A DNA stretch of 64,000 nucleotides from the human T2T-CHM13v2.0 reference genome, Homo sapiens. Below are positions 1 through 11,774 of the stretch, in pieces (position 1 is the first letter of the stretch; the number at the start of each line of letters is the position of its first letter). The stretch is from the NCBI RefSeq assembly GCF_009914755.1, contig NC_060937.1; one strand, given 5' to 3'. The notes under the pieces were generated by a model. It did no database searches. It saw only the letters and a list, made by a program, of their open reading frames with translations, and was not told where the DNA came from. Both the position numbers and the translations under genes were made by a program.

Positions 1-1
1 T

Positions 2-161
2 CAGGGTTTCAAAACCTTTGCTGCATGTTTGAATTACCAGGGTGCCTTTAAATACATTGGTGCCTACTCTTACCTTCAAATGTTATGATTGGTTTGGGGT
101 ATGACCTATGTGTTGAAATTTTTGAAAGCTTCCCAAGCGTAGTCAAGTTTGGGAACCACTG
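2..161. mobile_element. MER5-like hAT-Charlie MITE
   Basis: Termini cagggtttcaaaacctt...gtttgggaaccactg and interior resemble MER5. Confidence 0.65.
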
Positions 162-696
162 TCATAGGTGAGGATTCCATGAATTGATCCTTGTAAAATG
201 CCAGAGTGTCCTGGCCATCACGCAGGAAGTGCTTTGTGTGTGTGTCTCTCTGGTGGTGGAGGCTGTGATGGTTCTGTGATAGGAGGAGGTGGTGGTGGCA
301 CCACGTCTGTTGTGTAATGAATGCTCGTTCAGTGTTGAACATGTGCCAGTTTGGACATGGTCGTGGTCCTCTCCTTTGGTCTGAGAGTTGGGAAGTAAAA
401 CAGCTCCAGTGTGGTGGATCTGCACAGCTAATTCTGTAAGCTAATCCCAGGCAAAGATACAGAAGATGATGCTGCCAACAGAGAACACGGGGCCCACAGG
501 CCAGCCTCCCCAGCAACCTGGCACCATTTTCCTCACCTCTCAACAGTACAAGCTTGAATTCTGAACAGCCAGGTTCTAAAATCGTGAAGTACCAATACTT
601 CTGTGTGAATAGTGTGAATGGGAATGTTATGTGAATTGGGTGCCCTAGGATTTTGTACCTTCTCCAACCAATCAGTTGTACCCAAGTGCCAGTTTA

Positions 697-722
697 CACA
701 CACACACACTCACTCACTCACT
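697..722 (+). repeat. (CA)n/(CTCA)n microsatellite
   Basis: acacacacacactcactcactcact. Confidence 0.9.
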
Positions 723-859
723 CCATCTCTAGACTTGGCCTTCTGTGGCAAGTGATCTGTCTTCTAGGGTCTAAATTTCATTGTTATAAACCATGTATTT
801 CTAAACATTATTGGAAAGAGTGTATAATCTTTTTGTATTTCTTGTCCCATCATGAATAT

Positions 860-940
860 TCATTCTTCCTTCATTCATTGTTTTATTCATTCAGCAAATG
901 TTGAGCAACTGCATCGGCCCTGACACTGAGCTCACAGTTT
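860..940 (-). mobile_element. L2 3'-end fragment
   Basis: ttcattcattc...ttcattcagcaaatgttgagc is the typical antisense L2 tail. Confidence 0.55.
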
Positions 941-3900
941 TATCCCTTTTCCTACTGTGGAGACATAAACATGTTTCTCTCTCTGTCAGCATGGACAAAG
1001 TAGGGTTTTTTTGGTCTTAATTTATAATGGTAGCCTTCTCTATTTCTGCCTCTTTATGACGTAATTATTCAACTTTTAATAATACAACATCTGAAGGACA
1101 TTTTTCATGTCGACTTCATGAGCCTTCTGTGAACCCTGCTGAGATTAATTAAATCAAACTCCATGCAGCAATTATCCTAAAATATCCCGACAAGTTATTA
1201 AAACTGAGTTTACCCAGGACTGTAAGACTTGAGTAAGTGACCCATAGCCGGTGCCCTTGGAATGAAGCCTGGGATCCAGTTTAATTTCTGTCAGTTTCTA
1301 ATTTCTTTTAGTGCAGAATCAGTCCTGGTAAGGTGGTTGAATTAATGACATACATGAAAAATATGTGAATTCATGTCTCGAGTTTATGATTTGCTCTCTT
1401 TCTGTGAAAAAGATAGATTATGTTTTTGGTTTTGTTTTGCCCTGCCAGCTTCCAAGTAACCACTTACTGTTAAATTGGCCCCAGTACACTTCAGTGTTTG
1501 TTGCAAATGGAAAGAATTGATTCACTATATTTTTTTCTGCTGCTGAATCACTAAGCAAAACTCTACTGCTGGGGAAACTTTTGTATCGCAGCACACAAGC
1601 AGCCCAGTATGATGGTAAAGACCAACCTCCATTGTGTGGTCTTACCATTGTCACTCGCGTTACCCACGGACTGAATAGGGTTTAGAAATACAGGCCTTCA
1701 AAGGAATTGCCGTTGCTTAAATGTTCCATGGCTGCTTCTGAAATAACATCCCTCCAGCCCTCATTCAAAACAAGAAAGAAGGAAGGGCATATATTAATAT
1801 CTGCAACTTCAGTGATATTCAAAAGTATTATATATTTAAATAAGGAAAGTTAAAATCCATTTTAATTTTAAAAATTTGAAGTTAAATAATTCAAAATATA
1901 CTAAAAAATAAAAAGCCCACACAGTATTCTTTAAATGGTATGTTTTACCATCTACCAGACCTGCTTTCTACCTTTGACTTTTCTTTTTTGTTGTTTTCTT
2001 TTCTTCTTTTTTAGATTTTCTATCAGATTCAATACATTTTACTTTTCTAAAACAAATCTAAAATCCCCAGAGTGGCCTGCTAGGCTCGGCTTACTAAAGA
2101 GCCTGCTTGTGTTGCCAAGTTAGGATTAGCCTGGCATTGGGATCTCTGCGTGTCCTTGGGCCACGCTGTCAGAACTTTGGTTTCCTGCCCTTCCTAGAAA
2201 AGGCTTGGGCTCTTTACTCGGTGGTTGCCTGAATTCCAGCTCTTGGCTGTGGCCTGTGGTTGGAATGTGATGGAACACGAATGGTGTGCTTGTTATACCA
2301 GGCTGATGTGGAGTGAGGTGCTAACCCTGGAAAGCTCCCCTTGAGTTGAGTCTTAGACTCCTGGCCTCACTGTAGATTAAACAGTGGGATTCTGGGTAAG
2401 GAAAAGTGGCAGCTTCTTCCGACCATTTTATTTTTTCATGACAAGTCGTAAGGTGTGAGTAGACTGGTTTCAAAATCAGTCTCGGTTCTATTTGTTGTAT
2501 TTCTGACTGCTGTCCTCACTGACCGGCATTGAGATAAACAGCTCGAAAGCAGACACCTTCTCCAGACTCTGCCCTGGAAATGAGTTGGGACCTGCAGCCT
2601 GTCCTATAACTTCCCTTCCCGAGGTCATGTGGCTCCGGGAGCATCAAGATGGGGGTCTGGCACAGGTGCCCAGTGTCGCTTCTCAGCGGGAACTCAATTC
2701 TTTCCTCCTCTTCTAGTCTCTCTCCTCTCACTCAAGCTCTCTGCAGAATGGGAGGTGAGGGAAGAAGGTAACCTCCTGCAGACCTTTCTTCTCAGTCTAG
2801 AGTCTTCTGCTTCCAGAGGTTTCAGGTGGCTCAGTGAGTCCCCACTCTCCTCTCCTGCCTGGCTGCTCTGCCTGCAGACTCCACTCGGCATTAGGAAAAA
2901 TACTCAGGGCATGAGCACTTCTGTGCCATGAACACCTGCCTTCTGATACGGAGATTGTCTTGGAGGAGAAAGCAAGAACTCTCCCTGCTTTTTCTCATCC
3001 TTATTTTAAATGTGACGTCTTCATACAAAGTTCTTATCCCTAGAGAGTTCCAAACCAGATAGCTTTAGGCAGTACACAGAAGTGAGAATGGTTTGACAGT
3101 ACAAGGTCCCATCTTCAGTTTACCACATTAGGCCTCAAATATCTGCAGGGGGATAGGTCAAATCATGCTCCAGCCACTGCCTCAGTATGTCTGATTTGGT
3201 AGCATAGTTCCTTAAATTTCCACACTAGCATCTCTGAAGTAACTTGATCACATTGACTTCCTGAGGGCTACTTTTAAAGCCTGCTGTGATTAATGAAATC
3301 AAACCCCACACAACAATTATTCTAAAGCATAGTGGCTTATTCAGTTTCAGTGCATGCCCAACTGCTGGGCTGGAATCGTCCAAATGGATGACTACATTTT
3401 TGTTGATGTCCTACCATAGGAGTCTAGTAGCCTTTTAAAATTTTTGTGGGTGGACACTACTCATCTCCTTCAGTTTCTCTCTCATTCTGGGATGAGGAAT
3501 CTCTAAATGAAGAAGGAATTGTCTGTCGTCAGCAAGAGGTGCTACTTTCTATTTCTAGGCTTTCGTGGAAAGTCTCCTGTGGAAGCGCCATCCCCTCTGC
3601 AGAGTACATCTCTGTTGTCCTCAGATTGAGGCTTTTGAAGAACACTCTGTGTGAATTGGAACACCTGTCTCCTGAGATGAAGATAATGGGTATCTGTGCC
3701 AATCAGTCTGGCATAAAAAGATCATTATGCAAAGAGACTGGTTTAGCAAGAGGATTCCTGGGCCCTTGTTCCCCAGAACTGGGACAGCCACCCTCTCTGG
3801 GTGTACTTTCAGATCCACTGAAAGACCTGGAAGCACCCTTTTAGTCATTGAGAGACAATTTACAAACAACAGCAACTCCGAAAAGTATAGGTTTATATGA

Positions 3901-3991
3901 TTCGTTGTTGGGAACAGAAGAGTGTTCTTTGATGGGATTGTTTTAAAAGAACTGGAATGTCCAGTGGCCAGTTACACTTGCATGGTTATTC

Positions 3992-4102
3992 TCTTCCCTC
4001 TGTAAACTCATCAGTGCGGGATTCAGAAAGAACAAGCATGGAACACATTCCTCCATGCCCCTTCTTTCTGAATCCTGCAGTGATGAGTTTACAGAAGGAA
4101 GA
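3992..4102. repeat. Inverted repeat, 51-bp arms, 9-nt loop
   Basis: 3992-4042 versus reverse complement of 4052-4102: 45/51 identical. Confidence 0.95.
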
Positions 4103-6058
4103 CAATTTGCATGGAATTTTAGTTGGAAATACATTTTCCCATTCGAAGGACCCTACAACATCAAACGAGTGAGACGTTCAACAGCCGCTGACTGCTCACT
4201 AGAGCTGGGTGGTTTTAGATCCCCAGGAAATGGCTGTCGTGCCATCTGAGCATGAGGCACTTGGAAAGCAGTGCCCATCACTGCCTCATGTGTTCAGTGC
4301 TGTCATTTTTCAAGAGACGAAGGAAGATGGTGAAGTCGTGACCCTTGTCTCAGAACATGCGGGTCAGATCTGACAACACCTGCTGCTTCCATGGGGAGGG
4401 TGGAGTGAGGAGAACTGGTGCTGGGAATGCTGATGCCATCACACGTGTCTCATGTATGGTTTCCTGTTGAATGACAGTAGCCATGTCCTACTTCTCTCCC
4501 ACCTACAGTGTCCTGCAGATGACAGTGGGAGTGCCACAAGGATGGGTGAATGGAGCAGCATACAGGGCTGATAATTACAAATGGCCCAACAAGGAGGTGG
4601 CCACGTGTGCTTGCTGGTGCCCCACTGGGTCAGCTGTGCTGACTTCCACATGTTCAGACAGACTTCTGCATTTGTCCTTGTATCAGTGGTGAGGTTTGGC
4701 TATTCAAGAAAAAGCCTGTAAGATAATTTTGAACTTGCAGATTAATGGCATACCCAAACCTGGTGATTGGTTACGTGAATAACAAAGTTTTGGTGCATAG
4801 ATGAGTTTCCTCAGCTGGAGGAACGTTGGGAAAGTCAACATCTGACACAGAAGAGGCAGAACTGGTTGGCCTAAGAAAAGCATAGGGATTTGAAAGTTAA
4901 GGCAGTATATAATTGTATCAGCAAATACCTCAAAATTCTTATTTATCAGTGTTTTAAATTTAACTTTTCATTTTTAGATCATTCGGAGGGGTTACTCAGA
5001 TTCTCCGAATGATGACATCTTGCAAGACTGTACTACAATGGTGGAACTAAGTATCTTGACGTGGATATGGTCAAGATGCAGAACTTTCCCATCACCACAG
5101 GATCCCTCCTGCTTGTCCATGCACACTCACTAAAGCCACACCTAGTTTCCTCTGTCCCACCCTGCCTTTCTCCCTGAGAGCCACTACTTTATTCTCTATA
5201 TAATTTTATCCTTTCAAAAATATTATGAAATCGGAATGTTTGGGATTGGCTTTTTTCACTCAGTGTTATTCTCCGATGATACTAATACTCTTTCAGACAT
5301 GTGGTTTGCAAATGTTTTCTGAATCAGTGGCTTGGCTTTTCAGCCACTTAGCAAGGTCTTTTGTAGAATGAGAGTTTTTCATTTTGATGAGGTCCAGTTT
5401 ATCAGTTTTTCCTTTAATGGATGATGCTTTTGGTACCAAGTCTAAGAACTCCGTCGTAGTCCTAGATCCTGAAGGTTTTCTTTTGTGTTTTTTTCTAAAA
5501 CGTTCGTGGTTTTTCATTTTACAGTTAAGTCCATGATCCATTCAAGTTAATTTTTGTAGCAGGCATGAGATTTAGGTCAGTGTTTTTTTCTTGGCCTGTA
5601 GATGTCTAATTGCTCTAGCACTGTTTGTTGAAAAAACATCCTTCTTGCATTCAATTGGTTTTGCTTCTTTATCAAAAATTAGTTGGTTTTATTTGTGTGG
5701 ATCTGCTTCTGGCTTATTTACTCTGTTCTTTTGATCTATATGTCTATACCTCAGCCAGTATCACAGTCTTGATTATCACAGCTGCATACATCTTGAAATT
5801 GGATAGACCTGATTTTAAAATTGTTTTAGCTAGCTCCCTTCCCTTTCTGTATTAATGTTAGAATAGTCGTCTCTCCATCAACATAAAATCTTGCTGGGAT
5901 CTGATAGTGATTTTGGGTAGAATTGACATCTTTACTATGTTAAGTTTCTGATCAGTTAACACAGTGTGTCTCTTCATTTATTTTATCTTTTTTGATTAGT
6001 TTCATCAGCATTGTACGGCTTTCAGCACACAGGTTTCATACACATTTTGTTAGATTAA

Positions 6059-6316
<258 letters not shown>

Positions 6317-6387
6317 ATAGACAATTGATTTTTAAAATGTTTGGCTTGTATCCTGCAACCTTGTGGAACTCACTCATTAGTTCTTAG

Positions 6388-6388
<1 letters not shown>

Positions 6389-6420
<32 letters not shown>
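6389..6420 (+). repeat. (TG)16 microsatellite
   Basis: Pure TG run. Confidence 0.97.
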
Positions 6421-6421
<1 letters not shown>

Positions 6422-7575
6422 TAGATTTCTTGAGATTTTCTATGTGGGCAATCATGTCATGTACAAATGGAATGGCTTTATTTCTTTCTTTCCCATCCAT
6501 ACGCCTTTTATTCCCCCCCGTCCCCCAACTTTTTTTTTTTTTTTGGCCTTATTGCATTGGCTATGGCATCCTGTCCTTCACCATGAAGCATAATGTTAGC
6601 TTTAGGGTTTTCTATAGATGTTCATTATCAAGTTGAGGATATTCCCTTCTATTCCTGTCTCTCTAAAAAGGTTTTAAACTGTGAAGAATGGGTGTTGAAT
6701 TTCATCAAATGCTTTTTCTGTATCAGTTGATGTGATTGTGTGGTTTTTCTTCTTCAGCCTGTTAATATGCTGGATTACACTGATTAATTTTCAAATACTG
6801 AATCAGTCTTGGTTCCCTGGAATAAACCCAAATGGAATGAAGCCCATTTGGTCGTATGAATAATTATTTTATATGTATTGCTGAATTCTGTTTTGTTAAG
6901 CATTTTTGTGTTGTATTCATGAGTGATACTGGTTTGTAGTTTTCTTTTTTTGTACTGTTTTGATCAGGTTTTGGTACCAGGGAAATATCACCTTCATAAA
7001 ATGAGTCAGGAAATGTTCCTCTTTCATTTCCCGGAAGAGGTAGTGTAGAATTGGTGTTAATTCTTTTTAAGCATTTGGTAGAATTCTCCAGCAAAACCAC
7101 CTGGGCATAAAGATTTCTCTTTTGAGGGTTTTGAAATTACAGATTCACTTTCCTTAATGGTTAAGGGCTGTTGAAGTTATCTTTTCACATTGTGTGAGTT
7201 GTGGTAGTTTGTGTTTTTAAAGAAAGCGGTCCATTTTGTTGAAGTTGTCAAGTTGGTGTGTGTAGAGTTGCTCGTATTATCAGTCTTTTCAAAGAACAGC
7301 TCTTTGTTTAATTGATTTTTTCTATTGATATTTGTTTTTAATTTCTTTTATATCTGCTCTTACCTTAATTCTTTCTTTCTTCTGCTTGCTTTAGGCTTAG
7401 TTTGCTTTTTTTTTCTAGATTTTTGAAGTGGGAGATTAGATTGATTTGAGATGGTTCTTCTTTTCTTATATGAGCATTTCGTGCTATCAGTTTCCCTCAC
7501 AGCACTGCTTTCGCTATATTCCACACATTTTTATGTGTTGCATTTTCATTTTCATTCAGTTAAATATATGATTAA

Positions 7576-7897
<322 letters not shown>

Positions 7898-8242
7898 TAA
7901 AAGTTTCCCTTTAGAGTTCCCCCTTGACTTGTGGATTATTTAGAAATGCGTTGTTTCATATCCAGATGTTTGGAGATTTTTTTGTTAACTTTCTGTTACT
8001 GATTTCTAGTTTAATTCCATTACGGTTAGAGAACACACTCTATATGATTTCAATTCTTTTAAATTTGTTGAGGTTTGTATGGCCCGGGGTATTGGTCCAT
8101 CTTGATATATGTTCCCTGGGCACTGGAAAAGAATGTGTATTCTGATGTCCTAGGGCGGAGTTCTGTAGCTCTCTAATCCTTTTGGTCGAGGGCATTAATC
8201 CTGCAGTGGACTGTTTTGCTACAGACTCAGTAGTGATGCTTG

Positions 8243-8298
8243 TTTTTTTGTTTTTTTTAATTTGTTTTTGTTGTTGTTGTTGTTTTGTTTTGTTTCTT
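8243..8298 (+). repeat. (TTG)n/(TTTTG)n low-complexity tract
   Basis: Seen directly. Confidence 0.85.
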
Positions 8299-9811
8299 TG
8301 GCAGAAAAAAGGAAAGTGAAGTTTGGATAGCAGATAACTTGAAATCATAGTGCCTAGCAAACATAGGGAGGCTAAAAGTCTACATTGCCAATTTAGGGCA
8401 ACTTTGACAAGGAGAGAGAGGAGTTAGTGTTCTCTATTGATAATTTAGGTACCAAAGAGGGGCCATTTCATCGCACCATTGTTTTAGAATTAGAAACTCT
8501 GAAGAAAACCCAGCTTGATCTCAGAATCAGAGTCCAGACAGCTAAACTTGCCAGTTAGGGCTGGAAGAAAGGGATGTGTTTCAGAGTTGTCTATCTAGAT
8601 TTCTTGTTGAGTAATGTTTATGAGTAACTACCTTAATGTTTACCAAGTATTTATTTAATTACCAGTTTAATTAGACTTAGAACAGGGAAATGGATCATTA
8701 CTATAAAAGCTAGGTTATTCATCTCTTCTAAACAGTTTGTTGACTACCTCATCTGTTCCAGACATAGTGCTAGTCCCTGAGGATATAAAAATAAACTAGA
8801 GAGACACGGATCTAGGTGTCATTTTTCTTCTCCCACAGGAGAGAAACTTTAGAAATCCCAGTGGCTTCTATGCAGAGCGATTACTAGAAAACATAAATAA
8901 ATTTCTCCTTGAAGATTATTTTAGTTGCAAATAATGCAGCTTAAATTTGAAAAGCGATAGTTAAAATACTCTGCAGGAAAACTACTGCATGTTTTATGAC
9001 ATGCTAACAGAGTCACCTTCAACTCAAAACACAGCATCCTCTGCGTGTCTCCTGTCTGCTGGGTACTGGAGCAGGCGTGGGGGATCTGAGCTTGCTCAGC
9101 TCCTGGTGTATGCTTCTTTCTTAAGTGTGATTGTTACAAAGGTAGAGTCCAAGTGTAAATTTCTCAGGCTTTATATCCATTTTTTGTTTTATTTCTTGAG
9201 AAATTGAAGCCTCCATATACACTGCAAAAAGTTACTTATGCCTGTCTTTTCCATAACACAATTTTATAAGGACTATCTACATAAGTCATGTTGAACTTAA
9301 ACAGATCTGGTGTCAGTACTAAAGTTGTTTATGTTTTGTAAACACCCCATTAGTTTAACCCATTTTATTTACCAGTTACAACTTTGGAAGGGCAGCAAAG
9401 ACCTTGGTCTATTACTTTTCATGTAATCTATACAGAAAAGTTGGAAAATACAGCCAAATAAATCATAGTATTTGCTCTCTTTTTCCCCATGATGTCACAG
9501 TTTCCTTTTAATTTCTGCTTTTCAGATCACAAAAACATGTTATTTTCCCAGCAAACTAGATCCTTTGATTAATGGGACCAGGCAAGTCCAAGGACAGATT
9601 AAGCACGCTGGGTCCTGGCAGGAATCCCAGAAATGACCCTCAGTCAGCCTTCTTTCTCTCACCTTGGACCTGTTTCATTGAATTTACTGTGTTTTCTGTG
9701 AAAATGGAGCTTGGTAATTTCTCTAAAGAAGTTCACATATCTAAATGATAATGAAATGATTGATTAGCTATTAATTATTAATAGATCACAAGTTCATGCT
9801 GTAGTATATAA

Positions 9812-10083
9812 TTTTTTTTTCTTTTGAGATGGTGTCTTGCTGTGTCACCCAGGCTCACTGCAACCTCCGCCTCCTGGGTTCAAGGGCTTCTTGTGCCTCA
9901 GCTTTCTGAGTAGCTGGGACCACAGACGTGTGCCACCACGCGCAGCTTATTTTTGTATTTTTAGTGGAGACAGGGTTTCGTCATGTTGGCCAGGCTAAGT
10001 CTCAAACTCCTGACCTCAGGTAATCCACCAGCCTTGGCCTCCCAAAGTGCTGGGATTACAGGCACGAGCTGCCGCACCCAGCC
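9812..10083 (-). mobile_element. AluS with short internal deletion
   Basis: Dimer with cacccaggct|cactgcaacc junction; TSD tgtagtatata on both sides. Confidence 0.93.
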
Positions 10084-10309
10084 TGTAGTATATACTTTTG
10101 TTAGTGAGCCTCCTTTCTCTCTAGTACAAAAAGGAGTTGAAAATTACCTTGTCAATTCTGTTTCTTAATTATTCCTTAATTAATCAAAGAATAGTGGACA
10201 CAAACGTTGCTTTACTTCTCTGACTCAGTTACTTTTAACAATTAAGAAATTTTTAATAGATATGTGAAAAAAAGAGATCAGATACTTTCATAATAATTTA
10301 GGCATATGT

Positions 10310-10886
10310 CAGTGTGTCTGGCTGTGCCTGGCCAGAAATTATAAATTTATTTCTTACAGCTCTGGAGGCTAGGAAGCCTAAGACAGAGGTGCCAGCAAAT
10401 TCACTGTCGGCGTGAATGCCTGCTTTCTGGTTTATAAATGGTGCCTTCTTACTGTGTCTTCATATGGTGAAGGGGGCAAGGGTGTCTCTCTTAGGCCTTT
10501 TTAATTTAATTTTTATTTTTTTAGACACAGTCTCACTCTGCAATCGTAGTTCACTGGAGCCTCAAACTCCTGGGCTCAAGTGATTCTCCTGCCTCAGCCT
10601 CCCCAGTAGCTGGGACTACAGTTGCATGCCACCATGCCTAGCTAATTTTTTAAATTTTCTGTAGAGACAGGGTCTCCTATGTTGCCCAGGCTGGTCTTGA
10701 ACTTAAGTGATCCTTCCACCTTGGCCTCCCAAAGTGTTGGGGTTACAGGCATGAGCCTGGCCCTTGGGCCTTTTTAATAAGGGCTCTAATCCCATTCAGG
10801 AGGGCTCTGCCACCATGATCTAATCACCTTCTAAAGGCCCTATCTTTCAATATAATCACTTTGGGGATAGGATTTCAACATATGTA
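10310..10886 (-). mobile_element. MLT1A-like MaLR LTR split by an Alu
   Basis: aaatttatttcttacagctctggaggctaggaag...ctaatcccattcaggagggctctgcc...gatttcaacatatg. Confidence 0.75.
10506..10762 (-). mobile_element. AluJ-like inserted in the MLT1
   Basis: Alu dimer with internal deletions; TSD ggcctttttaat. Confidence 0.9.
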
Positions 10887-11171
10887 TTTTTTTTTAATTG
10901 GGCCTCACTTTGTCACCCAGGCTGGAGTATGGTGGTACAATCATGGCTCACTGCTGCATCAAATTCCTGGGCCCAAGAGATCCTCCTGCCTCAGCCTCCC
11001 AAGTAGCTGGGACTATGGGTGTGCGCCACTATGCCTGGCAAATTTCGTTTTTTGTAGAGATGGGGTCTTATCATCTTGCCCATGCTGGTCTTGAACTCCT
11101 AGATCCCAATGATCCTCCCACCTTGGCCTCCCAAAGTGCTGGGATTACAGATGTGAACCACCATACCCGGC
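10887..11171 (-). mobile_element. AluJ-like
   Basis: Diverged Alu dimer. Confidence 0.9.
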
Positions 11172-11488
11172 TTGATTGTTTTTTAAACTGGGAATATCTG
11201 CACCAGATCAACATAAAAATTTCCAGAAGGCGCAAACGTTCCAATAATAACAGCTCCTACCATTCACTCCAGAAGCCACTGCTTGCCACGTCTGCCACCT
11301 GTGAGCATGCTCTTGAAAAATACTTGTGGAATTAGCAGAAATGTATTGAACTGCATTATGATACGGCTGCAAGGAATGAGTAGACATCATTTTGATACTT
11401 CTGAGGAACATGCATTTTTTTTTAACTGTAAGAGCTTTTTTGACCATTATCTTATGACATCACTTGTATACAGTTATTAATAGTACTA

Positions 11489-11525
11489 ATTGCTTCTTGG
11501 CCTTTTGGCTATGATCAAGTATAGT
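11489..11525 (+). pseudogene. 3'-truncated U2 snRNA retrocopy (nt 1-37)
   Basis: attgcttcttggccttttggctatgatcaagtatagt vs U2 5' end ATCGCTTCTCGGCCTTTTGGCTAAGATCAAGTGTAGT: 33/37, two changes are CpG decay; diverged TSD present. Confidence 0.92.
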
Positions 11526-11529
11526 TATT

Positions 11530-11705
11530 TACAGTAGTAGTAATAAGTACCCTAATAAATGAGCTTACTCTGTGTCATGCATTGCTAGGAAGGTATTATT
11601 ATCTGTATAAGAACAAATAGAGGATCAAAAAACTTAGTGAACCAAGCAGACCCAGTCTATCTAATGGCTGAGCTGGGATTATACCCAGCATTTTGTACTG
11701 TGCCA
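11530..11705 (-). mobile_element. MIR fragment
   Basis: gagcttactctgtgtc...aaatagaggatcaaaaaacttagtgaacc...gctgggatt resembles MIR core. Confidence 0.5.
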
Positions 11706-11774
11706 TTTCTGCCTGTTACCACCTTCTGTCTAGGTTAAAAATTGACACCACAGCACAGCAACTGGCCTCTTTGT

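Noticed and set aside
106-543. 145-aa minus-strand ORF at the window start
   Set aside because: Runs into the MER5 element; non-ATG start, no recognisable domain or splice context.
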